Assembly (NCBI GenBank): GCA_951406725.2
Contig: OX597828.1
Span: forward strand, 69,688,001-69,752,000
Length of the DNA: 64,000 nt
DNA from: Octopus vulgaris
Lineage: Eukaryota
Direction of reading: 5' to 3'
Numbering within the stretch: the stretch's first letter is position 1; each line of letters begins with the position of its first letter. A program made the translations under genes and the position numbers. Positions 39,688 through 50,770 of the stretch are shown here, piece after piece. The notes beneath the pieces were generated by a model. That model was given only the letters and a program-made list of their open reading frames with translations. It did no database searches and was not told the origin of the DNA.

Positions 39688-40124
39688 CTGGACATGAAAA
39701 AAAATTGAAGAATTAGTTAGAGAGGTTAACTAAAGGGAGTTAACTTATGGTCGTCGTTGTTTAGCCCAAGGCTAGCTTTGAGATGGCAAATCTATGATGA
39801 AAGACATGTTAAGCATTAATTTCTTGTCTTTTGTTCAGACAGTCTATCTAGGACTACATCAACCAATGTTTTTTTCTTTTTTGTCATATTTTAAAACTGA
39901 TTTAAATGAGATTTGACAGCTAAATTAACAGTCACTTCCAGGCTTGGTTAAAGGTGATGTTAGTGGTGGTCATGGTTGGACAATGTGAAGGTAACACCAC
40001 CACCACACTATCAGGCACATACATAATGACAATCACTGTCAAACTATGACAATCTCTACAACCACTACTACTACTACAGTCAACAACAAAACGATGTGAT
40101 GCTGACCACCACCAGATAACTGAC

Positions 40125-40195
40125 CTTTGGTTGATGGTCCAGCTTCTTGTGATGACCTTCTCCGCTTTAAATGTCCACGTCGAGGGTAATAATAT
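40125..40195 (-). CDS. CHD1L: CHD1L exon (YYYPRRGHLKRRRSSQEAGPSTK)
   Basis: Completes the macro-domain IYYYPR motif; donor gtcagt; phases 2/1. Confidence 0.9.
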
Positions 40196-41584
40196 CTGGA
40201 GTGAGAGTTAAGTTAAACTTGAGTGAAGGTTTGTGAACTTGTGAGACACAGTGTTTGTTTAGGTGAGTGTCAATAACGAAGAGTCTTAGCATCATCTTAA
40301 GACCACCTCACAAGAAGTGTCCCAGCACAATACTACCACAATGGCTTTAACTATGCTAATGCCGCCACAGTTGTGCTGTGAGGATGTCATCCTATAAAAC
40401 AGTGTGAGAGCAACATTAACATCTTATAAACTACTACAACTACTACTACTACTACTTATTACCTTCGCCTTAGCAAACGTGGAGGTATTGTTTTTCAGTT
40501 GTGTGTGTTTGTCTGTGGACAAGATATCTCAAGAACCGCTGGCTGGATTCAGATGAAACTTGGAATGACAACTGGAAGGTTTGTCTCCATGTTGGAAATA
40601 GGTTTCCATAGAAACCAATACCTCAAAAGACAACTGGAGTCTGGTGCAGCTCCATGTCAAACTGTCCAACCCATGCCAGCATGGAAAGTGGACGTTAAAT
40701 GATGAGGATGCATGGGTCACACAGATGGAATTCATTGAAACAGATTTTCTACAGTTGGATGCCTTTCTTGTTGCTGACCCGTACCTGTTTCCAAGAGAAT
40801 CCAGCCAATTCCAATAATTATCAAACAGTCACTCTTTGTATGTGACATTCATTGGTTACGAGAAGACTACCACCACCACCACCACAACTACAACCACTAC
40901 TACAATCATAATAATACTTAGTTGTATATTAATTATTGCTATGGTGGTTATATGTCTTAAGTTATATCATAATATTCATACTGATATATAGGAACATCTT
41001 AAACACTTATTACTGTCAGAACAATGGTAGAATTATCATAACATTAGGAGTATCTTAATTATACTTATAAAATTAATGCTTCCATAACATAGAGACTCAT
41101 CTAATCTATAAATGATTGTTAAAATATTAACATAGTCATAACATTAGAATTAGCATAATTATAGTGCAGTACTAATCATATTAAAGCTGTCATGATATTA
41201 ATACTCTTCTAGCAGTAATTTAGCTCTGTCATAACTATTAGAAGTGCTCTAACATCATAACACTATCATAACATTAGCATCACCATAAGATAAGAACTGT
41301 CATATCACTAGTACCATCATATTACAACTGTCATAAGAGCAGTACTCTTGTAACATAGACAACCGTAGTCATTAAAAGAGTACCATCATAAAGTTACAAC
41401 TGTCATAATATTAGTAACCGTCATAACTCAAGGACTACCGTAACATTAGAAGTGTTCAGACATTATTCCGATAGTTCAAGATGAGTTCTAAGATTGTCAT
41501 AACATTAGCACTGTCATAAGAATGACATCAATCAATCCAAATTCCAAATAATTGAATACAAAACAAGATTTTGGCAAAGGATAC
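40196..41584 (-). other. CHD1L: U12-type (minor spliceosome) GT-AG intron of CHD1L
   Basis: 5' GTATCCTTTG; 3' end tttaaCTTAACtctcactccAG with branch-like CTTAAC ending 11 nt before the intron end and no long polypyrimidine tract. Confidence 0.88.
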
Positions 41585-41693
41585 ATGTAAGTTGGAATTC
41601 CTTTCACTGCCAGATGTTTTCGGATGAGTCTCTCAGTTCCGTACCAGTTAAAGGAAGGTGTATCATGTCCTATTCTGGGTAAGTGAACACTGG
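41585..41693 (-). CDS. CHD1L: CHD1L macro-domain exon ([36 protein letters not shown])
   Basis: tgcag acceptor; [22 protein letters not shown] diagnostic of ALC1; followed by U12 donor GTATCCTTT. Confidence 0.97.
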
Positions 41694-43756
41694 CTGCAGA
41701 GACAAGAGGTGAGAGAGATTAATTACAAAAGGCACCATACAGCAGAGGATTGCATTCTCTTTCAGAATATACACGAGTGTGTGTGTGTGAGATAAGAAAT
41801 CATGTGGTCTCAGGGTTCAATTCCAATATGTGGCACCTGGTATGTGACTTCTATTATAACCCTGGGCCAATCACTGCTTTGTGAGTGAATTTTGGTAAAT
41901 GGGAGCTGTAGGGAAGCCTGTTGTATAAGTGTGTGTGTGCATGTGAGTGTATGTGTTGACATCCCATGGGCTTTGCTTGAGCAAAACATTGAATGAGGTT
42001 TACACTTCTTGTTGCCATTATGACCAGTCATTCAAAGAATGGAATAAAAAATACCTTACTTGAAAAACGGCTAAGGGTTGGCCACAGGAAGAGCTTCTGG
42101 ACATGAGATCTGGACTCAAATACATCCCCATCCAAAGTTTAGAAATATATTTTGTCAGGCTCATAGATCTGCAATAAACTATAAGTGGGTGTGTGTGCAT
42201 GCGGGTGTGTGTATGGAGGAAGTGTGTATGGGTAGTGGGTGGGTGCATATATGCATATGTATTTTTGTTTACGGAGGCAATGGCTGAGATTTAGGCCTCC
42301 CCAGAGAGGCAACAGCTGAGACTTTTGGCATTATGTCGTGCTTGAGAAGAAGATGCATCAAGCCAAGCAAAATTGCAGTTGTGGCAGATATTGGTGTCAC
42401 GCAAATGGCACCCATGCCCATGGCACATAAAAGCACCTTCTGAGCATTGGGCCTCACGGAGGCAAGGACTGGAACCATTTGGCATTATGCTGGGCTTCAA
42501 GCATTGGGCCTCATGGAGGCAATGACCAAGTCCATTTGGCATTATGCTAAGCTTGAGAAGAAGACCCATCAAGCCGAGCAAAACCGCAGTTGTGGCAGAT
42601 ATTGGTGTCATGCAAATGGCACCCGTGTCGGTGGCACGTAAAAGCACCCATTATACTCTTGGAGTGGTTGGCCTTAGGAAGGGCATCCAGCTGTAGAAAA
42701 CCATGCCAAATCAGAGTGGAGTCTGGTGCCACCTTCCAGCGTGCCAGCCCTGGTCAAACTGTCCAACCCATCCCAGCATGGACAACTGGACATTAAATGA
42801 TGATGATTTGTACTTGTCCAAAAACTGCCGAGCTATAAATAGTGATATTATTATTATTTCTTTTGTCGACAAATCGTCTGCTGGTTTAATGCCATCAAAA
42901 AACGTGAAATAAGTGATCTCTCATGGGAGCAATTATCAAGGGTTAGCAACATAAAAAGCGCATCCAACTGTAAAACAATGTCATAATAATGTATTCTTCT
43001 AACCCATGCCAGCATGGGAAAACAGACATAAAAACCAAACAAAAACAAATGAATTCTTGGAGTTTTCCTCAACATGTTGATTTCTTGTCATTTTGGCAAG
43101 TTAAGGTGGTGTACAGCTGAGTGGGCTCATAATTGTGGGTTCAATTTTTGGATTGTACAGAATTGTTTCCTTGAACAAGGTACTTCACTTCACATTGCTC
43201 AGGTTTACTAAACTAAAAAGCATTACCAATGATAACTTTTGAGAGTTAACCCTGCAATGTATCCTTTGTAGTGGGGAAATCTTGTACTTTTATTTGCCCT
43301 AGATACACTTCAGTTTATAAACCTGTAGATTCAAGTAGCTTATAGTTTGATTACACTTATGCTAATGATGTTCAAAAAGGTAGAAACACTTAACAGTTGT
43401 CTCCCCTATTATTTACTGGAAAAATATTAATAACCACCGTTTTGTTTGTTTATTCCTTTCACTTCATATTTGATTCAGTTTTAGATGTTCAAAGGTCCAA
43501 ATATCGGCTATACTGCTGCCCACTTAACTAGTGATCATAATGTCATTGCTACTGTTTAGCCCCGGGTCAGTCCTGATTAGTAAACTTATGTCCAAAGACT
43601 CATAAATGTTCAAGTGATGATGCTCCAGTCTTGATCTATAAAACATTATCCAAACGAGAATGGATGGTATCTCACAATTGGTTGATACCAGTCAATCAGC
43701 TATGGTGCTGCCCCTATAGGGGACACATATAAAAAGGAAAGATAATGCTAATTTAC

Positions 43757-43871
43757 CATTTCTTTGTCTTGCCACAACAGAAACCTTCTTCAGTCCTTCT
43801 TTTAAAGCCTCCATCTTGATCCCAGATAAATTATTACTTTTAGTTCGATGTTGGGCTACAATAAGGGCCAG
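43757..43871 (-). CDS. CHD1L: CHD1L macro-domain exon ([38 protein letters not shown])
   Basis: ttccag / gtaaat; LALIVAQHR..LSGIKMxALxEGLKK conserved. Confidence 0.96.
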
Positions 43872-44073
43872 CTGGAAAGGAAACGGTGGAGAATGTCAGG
43901 TGTGTTAGCAGGAGACTATATAGAGATGGTGGCACAATAGGGACTACAGAGGTTTGGCACGGTGGCACAATAGAAACTAAAGCATCAGAAAATATCAGAA
44001 TATAGAGAAATAAATAGTGAGGGTGAGTGAAGGCAACACTGAGTGGTGGCTGTGAGTGGGAGTTTTTACTTAC

Positions 44074-44129
44074 CGAACACTGTTCGTCTTCATTCATGGT
44101 AATTAAATGGCAGTCGCCAAGGTTTATAT
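44074..44129 (-). CDS. CHD1L: CHD1L macro-domain exon (DINLGDCHLITMNEDEQCS)
   Basis: tttcag / gtaagt; aligns to DLSLGGVLL; phases 1/0. Confidence 0.9.
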
Positions 44130-44867
44130 CTGAAAGTGGACAATGGAGAGGTGGGCATGTTAGGATTATCAGCAACAGACAGTTGTGTCTACATGACAAA
44201 CAGGCACACAATTAGGTTCACATGACATCTGCTCATGGATGTGTCTACAAAACAAGAGGGGAGACACAGCTGAGTCAAGAGAAGGTGACACACAATCATG
44301 TCTACATCAGAACACACACACGAGCCTATATAACAAGGGTACAAACTGCAGGTCTGCAGAACATTGAGCCTTTCTGCCCCTCCTACTTGAATTGTTCATT
44401 TTCACACTACTCCTCATTCTCCATAAACTGGTGAATTGTTAGCGCGACAGGCAAAATGCTTAGTGGTATTTCGTCTGCCGTTACGTTCTGAGTTCAAATC
44501 CCGCCGAGGTCGACTTTGCCTTTCATCCTTTTGGGGTCGATTAAATAAGTACCAGTTACGCACTGGGGTCGATATAATCAACTTAATCCGTGTGTCTGTC
44601 CTTGTTTGTCTCCTCTGTGTTTAGCCCCTTGTGGGTAGTAAAGAAATAGGTATTTCTAATACACAACCATGATGAGAAGTGAATCAAATATCACATTTCA
44701 TTGGTTGTTTCAGTGTCATGTGACAGCATACCAGAGTTGAATAAACATGGAAGTGGTCCGGCAGCACCAAACACATGTACACACACACACACACACACAC
44801 ACACAGCAGTGCTAAAACCCTTATTTCCTCCACAAAAGATAACCACCAACCAGCCCCCTCCACTTAC

Positions 44868-44966
44868 CTTTCATCTCTTTGGCCAATTCATACTGTGTCT
44901 TTGGAATTGTTGATCTTGTTGTGATGGCAGTGAATACCCCTCCTACGCCCCACTGGCCGGAATCGT
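44868..44966 (-). CDS. CHD1L: CHD1L macro-domain exon (DDSGQWGVGGVFTAITTRSTIPKTQYELAKEMK)
   Basis: catcag / gtaagt; DDSGxWGxGGxFTA conserved. Confidence 0.96.
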
Positions 44967-45299
44967 CTGATGAAAAGACAAGAATTATTATTGCAGATAC
45001 GCCATATCAATACATCGTCATTGCAGGGAAAAGCCTACTTTTCTATGCTTGCAAAGAATTCATTGAGGCAGATTTCCTATGGCTGGAGGCTCTCCCTGTT
45101 GCCAACCATCACCTGTTTCCAAGGAAGGGAAATATTTTCTCTTAGTCTGGACATGTTTGCATGGAAGATTGCAAAACAAAAATCTCTGATTGTAAGATGG
45201 TGATGTGTTTTCAACATTTTTTTAAAGCCCACCACCAACAGAGACCTAACCCTGGATATGAACCACAGATGGGGTCTGGCTGTCATGGTCATGTACTCC

Positions 45300-45720
45300 C
45301 TTTTGCGCCATTGATTTATCTCTCAGAAGACAAAGCCCTGCATCTACCACAACTCTGTCTTCTGTTCTCTTCTATGGAGAAGAAACATGGCCTCTCACAA
45401 AGACCCTGGCAAAAAGGATCGATGGCTTTGATAGCAGAGCCCTGAGAACCATCGAGAACATCAGATGGTAGCATCGTGTTTCCAACAAAGGACTGTGAGT
45501 GCATATCCAGCTTCCCACCTCATAGCCATCCACTGCATATGCAGGCACGAACATGTCCTCCACCTAACAGAGCCTTACTCTCATTTGACACAGCAGGGGT
45601 TGGAAGTGATTAAGCAAGATCTCCAGGGGCTCAATGCCATCCTGGAGGATGCAGAGTGGCTGGCATTGGTGGACCAGGGTACCTCTGGGACAATTAACCT
45701 GGCCATGACCCCAGTGCCAT
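45300..45720 (-). mobile_element. Decayed RTE-like LINE ORF2 3' fragment
   Basis: Minus translation includes ETRCYHLM..K..GHV, reminiscent of the RTE RT C-terminal region; GC-richer than flanks. Confidence 0.4.
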
Positions 45721-45987
45721 CAAGCAAGCAAACATGAAATAAGCAAGGAAGCATGTATTATTTGTCCAGTGAAGCAATCAAGAGGAGGCAGTCAAGGTAA
45801 GATTTGAACTCACAACCACAAGGTTATTAGTCCACTCCCTTCAAGAGCCACTACACCTCTTCACCTGACTTGCATCTCACTAATAATCATGGAGAACATC
45901 ATGAAAGCCAAAACCTCTTTTATAAGCCACCTCCCCTCATCTTTCCTCACAGGGTCACAAAAAACCAGATAGAGATCAATAGCTTAC

Positions 45988-46169
45988 CAATACAATGGAT
46001 GACAAAGCTTTGGTCAGTCTGTGGCACGGACACAGGATGTGTCACGTCTCCTCTCACATAGGAAATGTCCACAGGGTCTATAGAGTCTTCTTCCTCATCA
46101 CTGTCTTCTTCGGAGCCATCCGATGTAAGTTTACATGAAACATAACCATTTTCTTTCCACAGAGCAGCC
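45988..46169 (-). CDS. CHD1L: CHD1L exon, start of macro domain (AALWKENGYVSCKL...ISYVRGDVTHP...FVIHCI)
   Basis: ttccag / gtaagc; WxxNxYxS and GDVTHP (ADP-ribose-binding Asp) motifs. Confidence 0.96.
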
Positions 46170-46423
46170 CTGGAAACAAAGTAGAAATCACTTTGAGAAA
46201 AGTACCCAGAGGTGCCATCCTCATCAAAAACAATAGTTAAGTCGTTAATTTTGAAGTTTTTCACAGAGAACTCATTAGAAATGTAATTAGAAATAATTAC
46301 CTAGTATGGAAAGGTCAAATATTAGTCAATAAATATAATTATTTTAATGAGCATTTAAGGTTCACACACACATTATAACTATTGACTATGTATTGTACAT
46401 AAATGTTGTCTCGGCCAGTAGAC

Positions 46424-46705
46424 CAGTGCTACTCAGTGGTCCGCTGACCGGTGCTGATCTGCAGCGAGTTTCCAGAAAAGAAAGAAACATAATAAATTGC
46501 TTATAAAATGCTGATGCAATATTGTATTTATTTGTTTACAAAATAAATATAAAATAAAATGAAATTGTCGACTTTTATTTTATTCCTTATATATATTTTA
46601 TTTCCGGTAAAAATTAATATTACTAAGAAATATTACCGGTCCCTGACACATTGGAAAAAAAAAAAAACTGCTGGTAGGCCACATCAGATAGTTTGAGAAG
46701 CACTG
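46424..46705. mobile_element. hAT(Charlie)-like MITE
   Basis: Imperfect TIRs CAGTGCTACTCA ... TGAGAAGCACTG; TSD not clean. Confidence 0.55.
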
Positions 46706-47095
46706 GTCTCTAGGTGATGCTAAAACTGCTCTGAAGATGGAAATGACAAAGGTTTTACTCACAGCTTTGGTGAGTTATTACGTATAATACATAGAGTCAA
46801 TGGCTGATGCCAGCACCGCCTTGACTGGCCCCTGTGCCGGTGGCACGTAAAAAGCACCCACTACACTCACAGAGTGGTTGGCGTTAGGAAGAGCATCCAG
46901 CTGTAGAAACACTGCCAAACCAGACTGGAGCCTGGTGCAGCCCCCTGGCTTCCCAGACCCCGGTCGAACCGTCCAACCCATGCTAGCATAGAAAACGGAC
47001 GTTAAACGATGATGATGATAGAGTGTGTGTGTGTATGTGTGTTTATATATATTTTCAGGATTAAAAAAAAAAGACAATAGAAAATATGACATACC

Positions 47096-47138
<43 letters not shown>

Positions 47139-47448
47139 GTATGTCACTGTCACCAACTCCTTTTCATTTGTCACCTGTGTATCATACTCAATGCAAATAT
47201 ATTACGAAAAGCCAAATTAACTGCAGTATTTGGCCTGAAACAATATCTCTTATAGACAAACTGTGTTAAATAACACTATATACATATAGGCACAGGTGTG
47301 ATTGTGTGGTAAAGAAGCTTGCTTTCCAATCATGTGGTCTTGCGATCAATCCCACTATATGGAATTTTGGGCAAGAATATTCTACAAAGCATTTTGAATG
47401 GATTTGGTAGATAGGAATTGAAAGAAGCCCGTCGTGTGTATATATGTC

Positions 47449-47540
47449 TAGACATCTGGTGATGGTTGTAAACAAGATCTAGACATCTGGTGATGGGTGT
47501 AAACAAGATCTGGACATCTGGTGATGGGTGTAAACAAGAA
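47449..47540. repeat. 31-bp tandem repeat x3
   Basis: tagacatctggtgatgggtgtaaacaagatc repeated three times. Confidence 0.85.
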
Positions 47541-47788
47541 TCATACAAGCAAGGTTGTTCATTTTCATTCTTCCATGAAAAACATATTTGTCCATGGAAG
47601 GGGTGGACATTACGTTGCTTGGAAACAGGTGAGGGTTGGTGACAGAAAGGTCATCCTGCAATAGAAAAGTCTGCCCCATTAAACTCCATCCAACCCATGC
47701 AAGCATGGAAAAGTGGATGTGAAATGGTGCATGCATGTATAGTATTCAATGACTGAGTCTAAAGTCTCTCGATGTAAAAGTCACTCAC

Positions 47789-47868
47789 TTCTTTTCTTCC
47801 TTCTCAGCAGCCCTTTTTCTGGCCAAGGCCTCTCGTTCCTTCAGTTTCCGTTCTAAAGTCTCCTTGCG
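47789..47868 (-). CDS. CHD1L: CHD1L exon, coiled coil (RKETLERKLKEREALARKRAAEKEEK)
   Basis: aatag / gtgagt; charged helix at the expected position; phases 0/2 fit neighbours. Confidence 0.88.
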
Positions 47869-49199
47869 CTATTTTGGAAGAACAACATGGAACCAACATT
47901 AGTTAGAGTGCAACAATAACATCTGAAACACACCCAGAGATGTTTAGGGAGGGAGCAAGGGACAACACCAGAAACCTATTGTTGTTTAGTCTTGGATTAG
48001 TCCCTATTAACCAGATTGATGAAGACACGGGTTGATTTGTACATTTTGGCAGTGTTCTCTGTGATGATGGAGATGCTGAAATTGTTGTCAGATACAAAAT
48101 CTCAAAGACAACGGCAGGATTTCTATGAAAGTACAAAATCTGGTCCATGAATACACTGGACATCAACACCAAGAGTCACCAGTCCAACACCACAAGATAA
48201 CCAATGGCACCATTGCAAGCAGAATAGGGAAGAAAACTAAAAAGTCACCAGAACATTGGATGCGTTTTCTGTAAAGGTGCTTAGAGAAAAAAACCTGAGG
48301 GTTTCATGTCAGGCTGTGTGGTTAAGAAGATTACTTCCCAACCACAAGGTTTTGAGTTCAGTTCCATGCTGTGACACTGGATAGGATAGAGATCATTATT
48401 TATAGAGTCAAGGACAAAAGATTGGAACATAGGTTTAAAAATTAGAATTTTTATATCAAATGGCCAAATATTTAGATTTTATATATTTGAATTGAATTGT
48501 ACTTGGCCATAACAATTTTGATTTTGTAAAAACATGTTGTAAACTTTTGGCCATGACTATGTTTGTGTGTGTTTGTGTCTGTTTGTTTTGACATCACATG
48601 ACAGCTGGAAATGAGCATCATCATCATCATCATACAGATAATGTCCTTCATTCCAATTGTCCATAAAAAACATGTTCAGCCACGAAGAAATACCACCTTG
48701 CTGGGAAACAGAGGTGAGGGTTGGTGACAGAATAGGCAGCCAGCAATAGCCACTCTGGTGCAACAAATTCCATCTGACCCATACAAGCAAGGGAAAGTGG
48801 ATGTCAAAACAATGACGAAGATATCAAAAATGAAGAATCGTTGCAAAGACTCCAAGACGTGGAATGAAGAATGAAGACGTGGCTGATGACAATCAGTGAA
48901 AACAAAAGCATCAGTATGCAGAAACAGCATTGAGAAAGGCACCAACTGGAAGGAGAAGATGGAGGAAGACCAGGGGTCACATAATGTGAAACCTTTCCAA
49001 AGGCCCCTAAGGTTGTCAAGAATCACTGAGACATCATAAAACAGGGATTCTTAAACAAATTTTCAACTTTCACCCATCTTTTTGGCAACATTTTATCAAT
49101 GCCTTCTTGCTATGATGCAACACACTGTCCCTACAGTTTTTAAAGGCCATACAGGTAACACAATAGCAATGTAATTTAGCGTAAGAGACTAGTTTAGAT

Positions 49200-49435
49200 C
49201 AGGGGTTCTCAACTGGGGTCCCTATAAAATTTTGTTGTTAAAATTTATTTGCAATAAACTGATCATATTTCTACAATACACAGTATATTAAAATTTTTTT
49301 TATACTATTCCCAAGAATATTTCATCATAAAAATATAAAAGGATTTTTTTTTGAACATTGAATGGCTATAAGGGTCCAGCTGAGTAAAATAGGAAGCAGA
49401 AGGGTCCACAGCAGAAAAATGGTTGAGGAACATTG
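49200..49435. mobile_element. hAT(Charlie)-like MITE with 8-bp TSD
   Basis: CAGGGGTTCTCAAC ... GGTTGAGGAACATTG flanked by a perfect GTTTAGAT duplication (49192-49199, 49436-49443). Confidence 0.8.
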
Positions 49436-49623
49436 GTTTAGATGATTTCTATCAGGCCCTGATTATTTATTTTATTTGTGTCAGAAAGGTAAAAGGTAAA
49501 CAGGATACAAAGATGATTTGAACTGAGAACATTACAGGACATAACATCATACGACAAGACAAGTCCTTCCAGTTCTGCCATCCACATCGAAATATAATTC
49601 AGAAAAATTCCAGAGTTCCTCAC

Positions 49624-49730
49624 CTTCTTTTCTCGTTCTTCAATTTGTTCTGGAGTCAGTTTGGTACGAGAAGTGGATGGCATCGCCTCAGAGACATTTC
49701 TTCTTTTACCAACCTCAATTTCTGGTGTTT
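49624..49730 (-). CDS. CHD1L: CHD1L exon (TPEIEVGKRRNVSEAMPSTSRTKLTPEQIEEREKK)
   Basis: gtgtag / gtgagg; LTPEQIEER matches LSPEELEDR; phases 1/0. Confidence 0.9.
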
Positions 49731-50418
49731 CTACACAACATAAACACAGGGAACAGAAACTTTTTAGTACCGAGTTAGGCTACAAAGTAACACACACACA
49801 CACGTGTGTATGTGTGTGTGTAGACATACAAATATAGTAAGGACACTGTGTGACAAAAACTGGTCTGGAAGGAACTGCAAGGGTTACAGGCAAAGAATCA
49901 TTTCCACTGCAATATACTGTGCTCTGCACTGCCCCCCATATGCACCACCCTGTTCTCCACACTACACCCTGCACATGTCCTTATTACCACTCCCATCACA
50001 ACTACTAAAGCAGGTATACATTCTGCAACGACATGATTTAACCTCCCATATCATCATCTCATATTTCTTTAAAGTCTTTTAAAATGGAATGGTGGGATGT
50101 AATTAGAGGGAGATTTTTGGCTGTTGTTTCTAGCATGTTAATCAACCATTTAAAGGGTTTCTCGAATTTGATGTCAAATTAGTTGCTTGTTTCAATGTTA
50201 CAAATCTTACATCATTAACATAATTTATGACTATTTAGGTTGAAGAGGAGGAGGGGTCCATGCCTACATCATTTCTACCACTCCCCTATATACAAGCCTA
50301 TTCGAGACTGTAAGGAGTTCCAGAGGGAGAAATTTTGAAGACAAAGGATTGGTAGAAAGAAAAGACAAAAATAATGAAAGACGAAGACAATCTGAGAATT
50401 GAAACCGTTTCGACTTAC

Positions 50419-50539
50419 CTTCTCCGAGTGTGTCAAAGGCATAAAGATCAGCTGAGGACGGCGCTTTAGAATAGTCCAAACCTTCAAATTGGTAAATCGT
50501 GGATGGTTGATCTTCTGCGTCATCATTGGTTTTGAAACA
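50419..50539 (-). CDS. CHD1L: CHD1L exon (CFKTNDDAEDQPSTIYQFEGLDYSKAPSSADLYAFDTLGE)
   Basis: tgtcag / gtaagt; YxFEGxDYSKxPS motif of the ALC1 linker. Confidence 0.93.
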
Positions 50540-50770
50540 CTGACAGAGAAGAGCAACAATGATGGTATATAGAGGGGAAGGTAGAGGTGTGTGTGTGTGT
50601 GTAAATTTTACCATATATGGGCATACTGACAGAAGTATATATTGTCATATGATGTTGTAATAATCACAAGCAAATATGGCCATACAGTGAAATACTGTAA
50701 AACATTACCAAATATGGTCATATAGACACTACCAAACATAGCCAGTGATGTATTGTGTAATACAGCTTTA

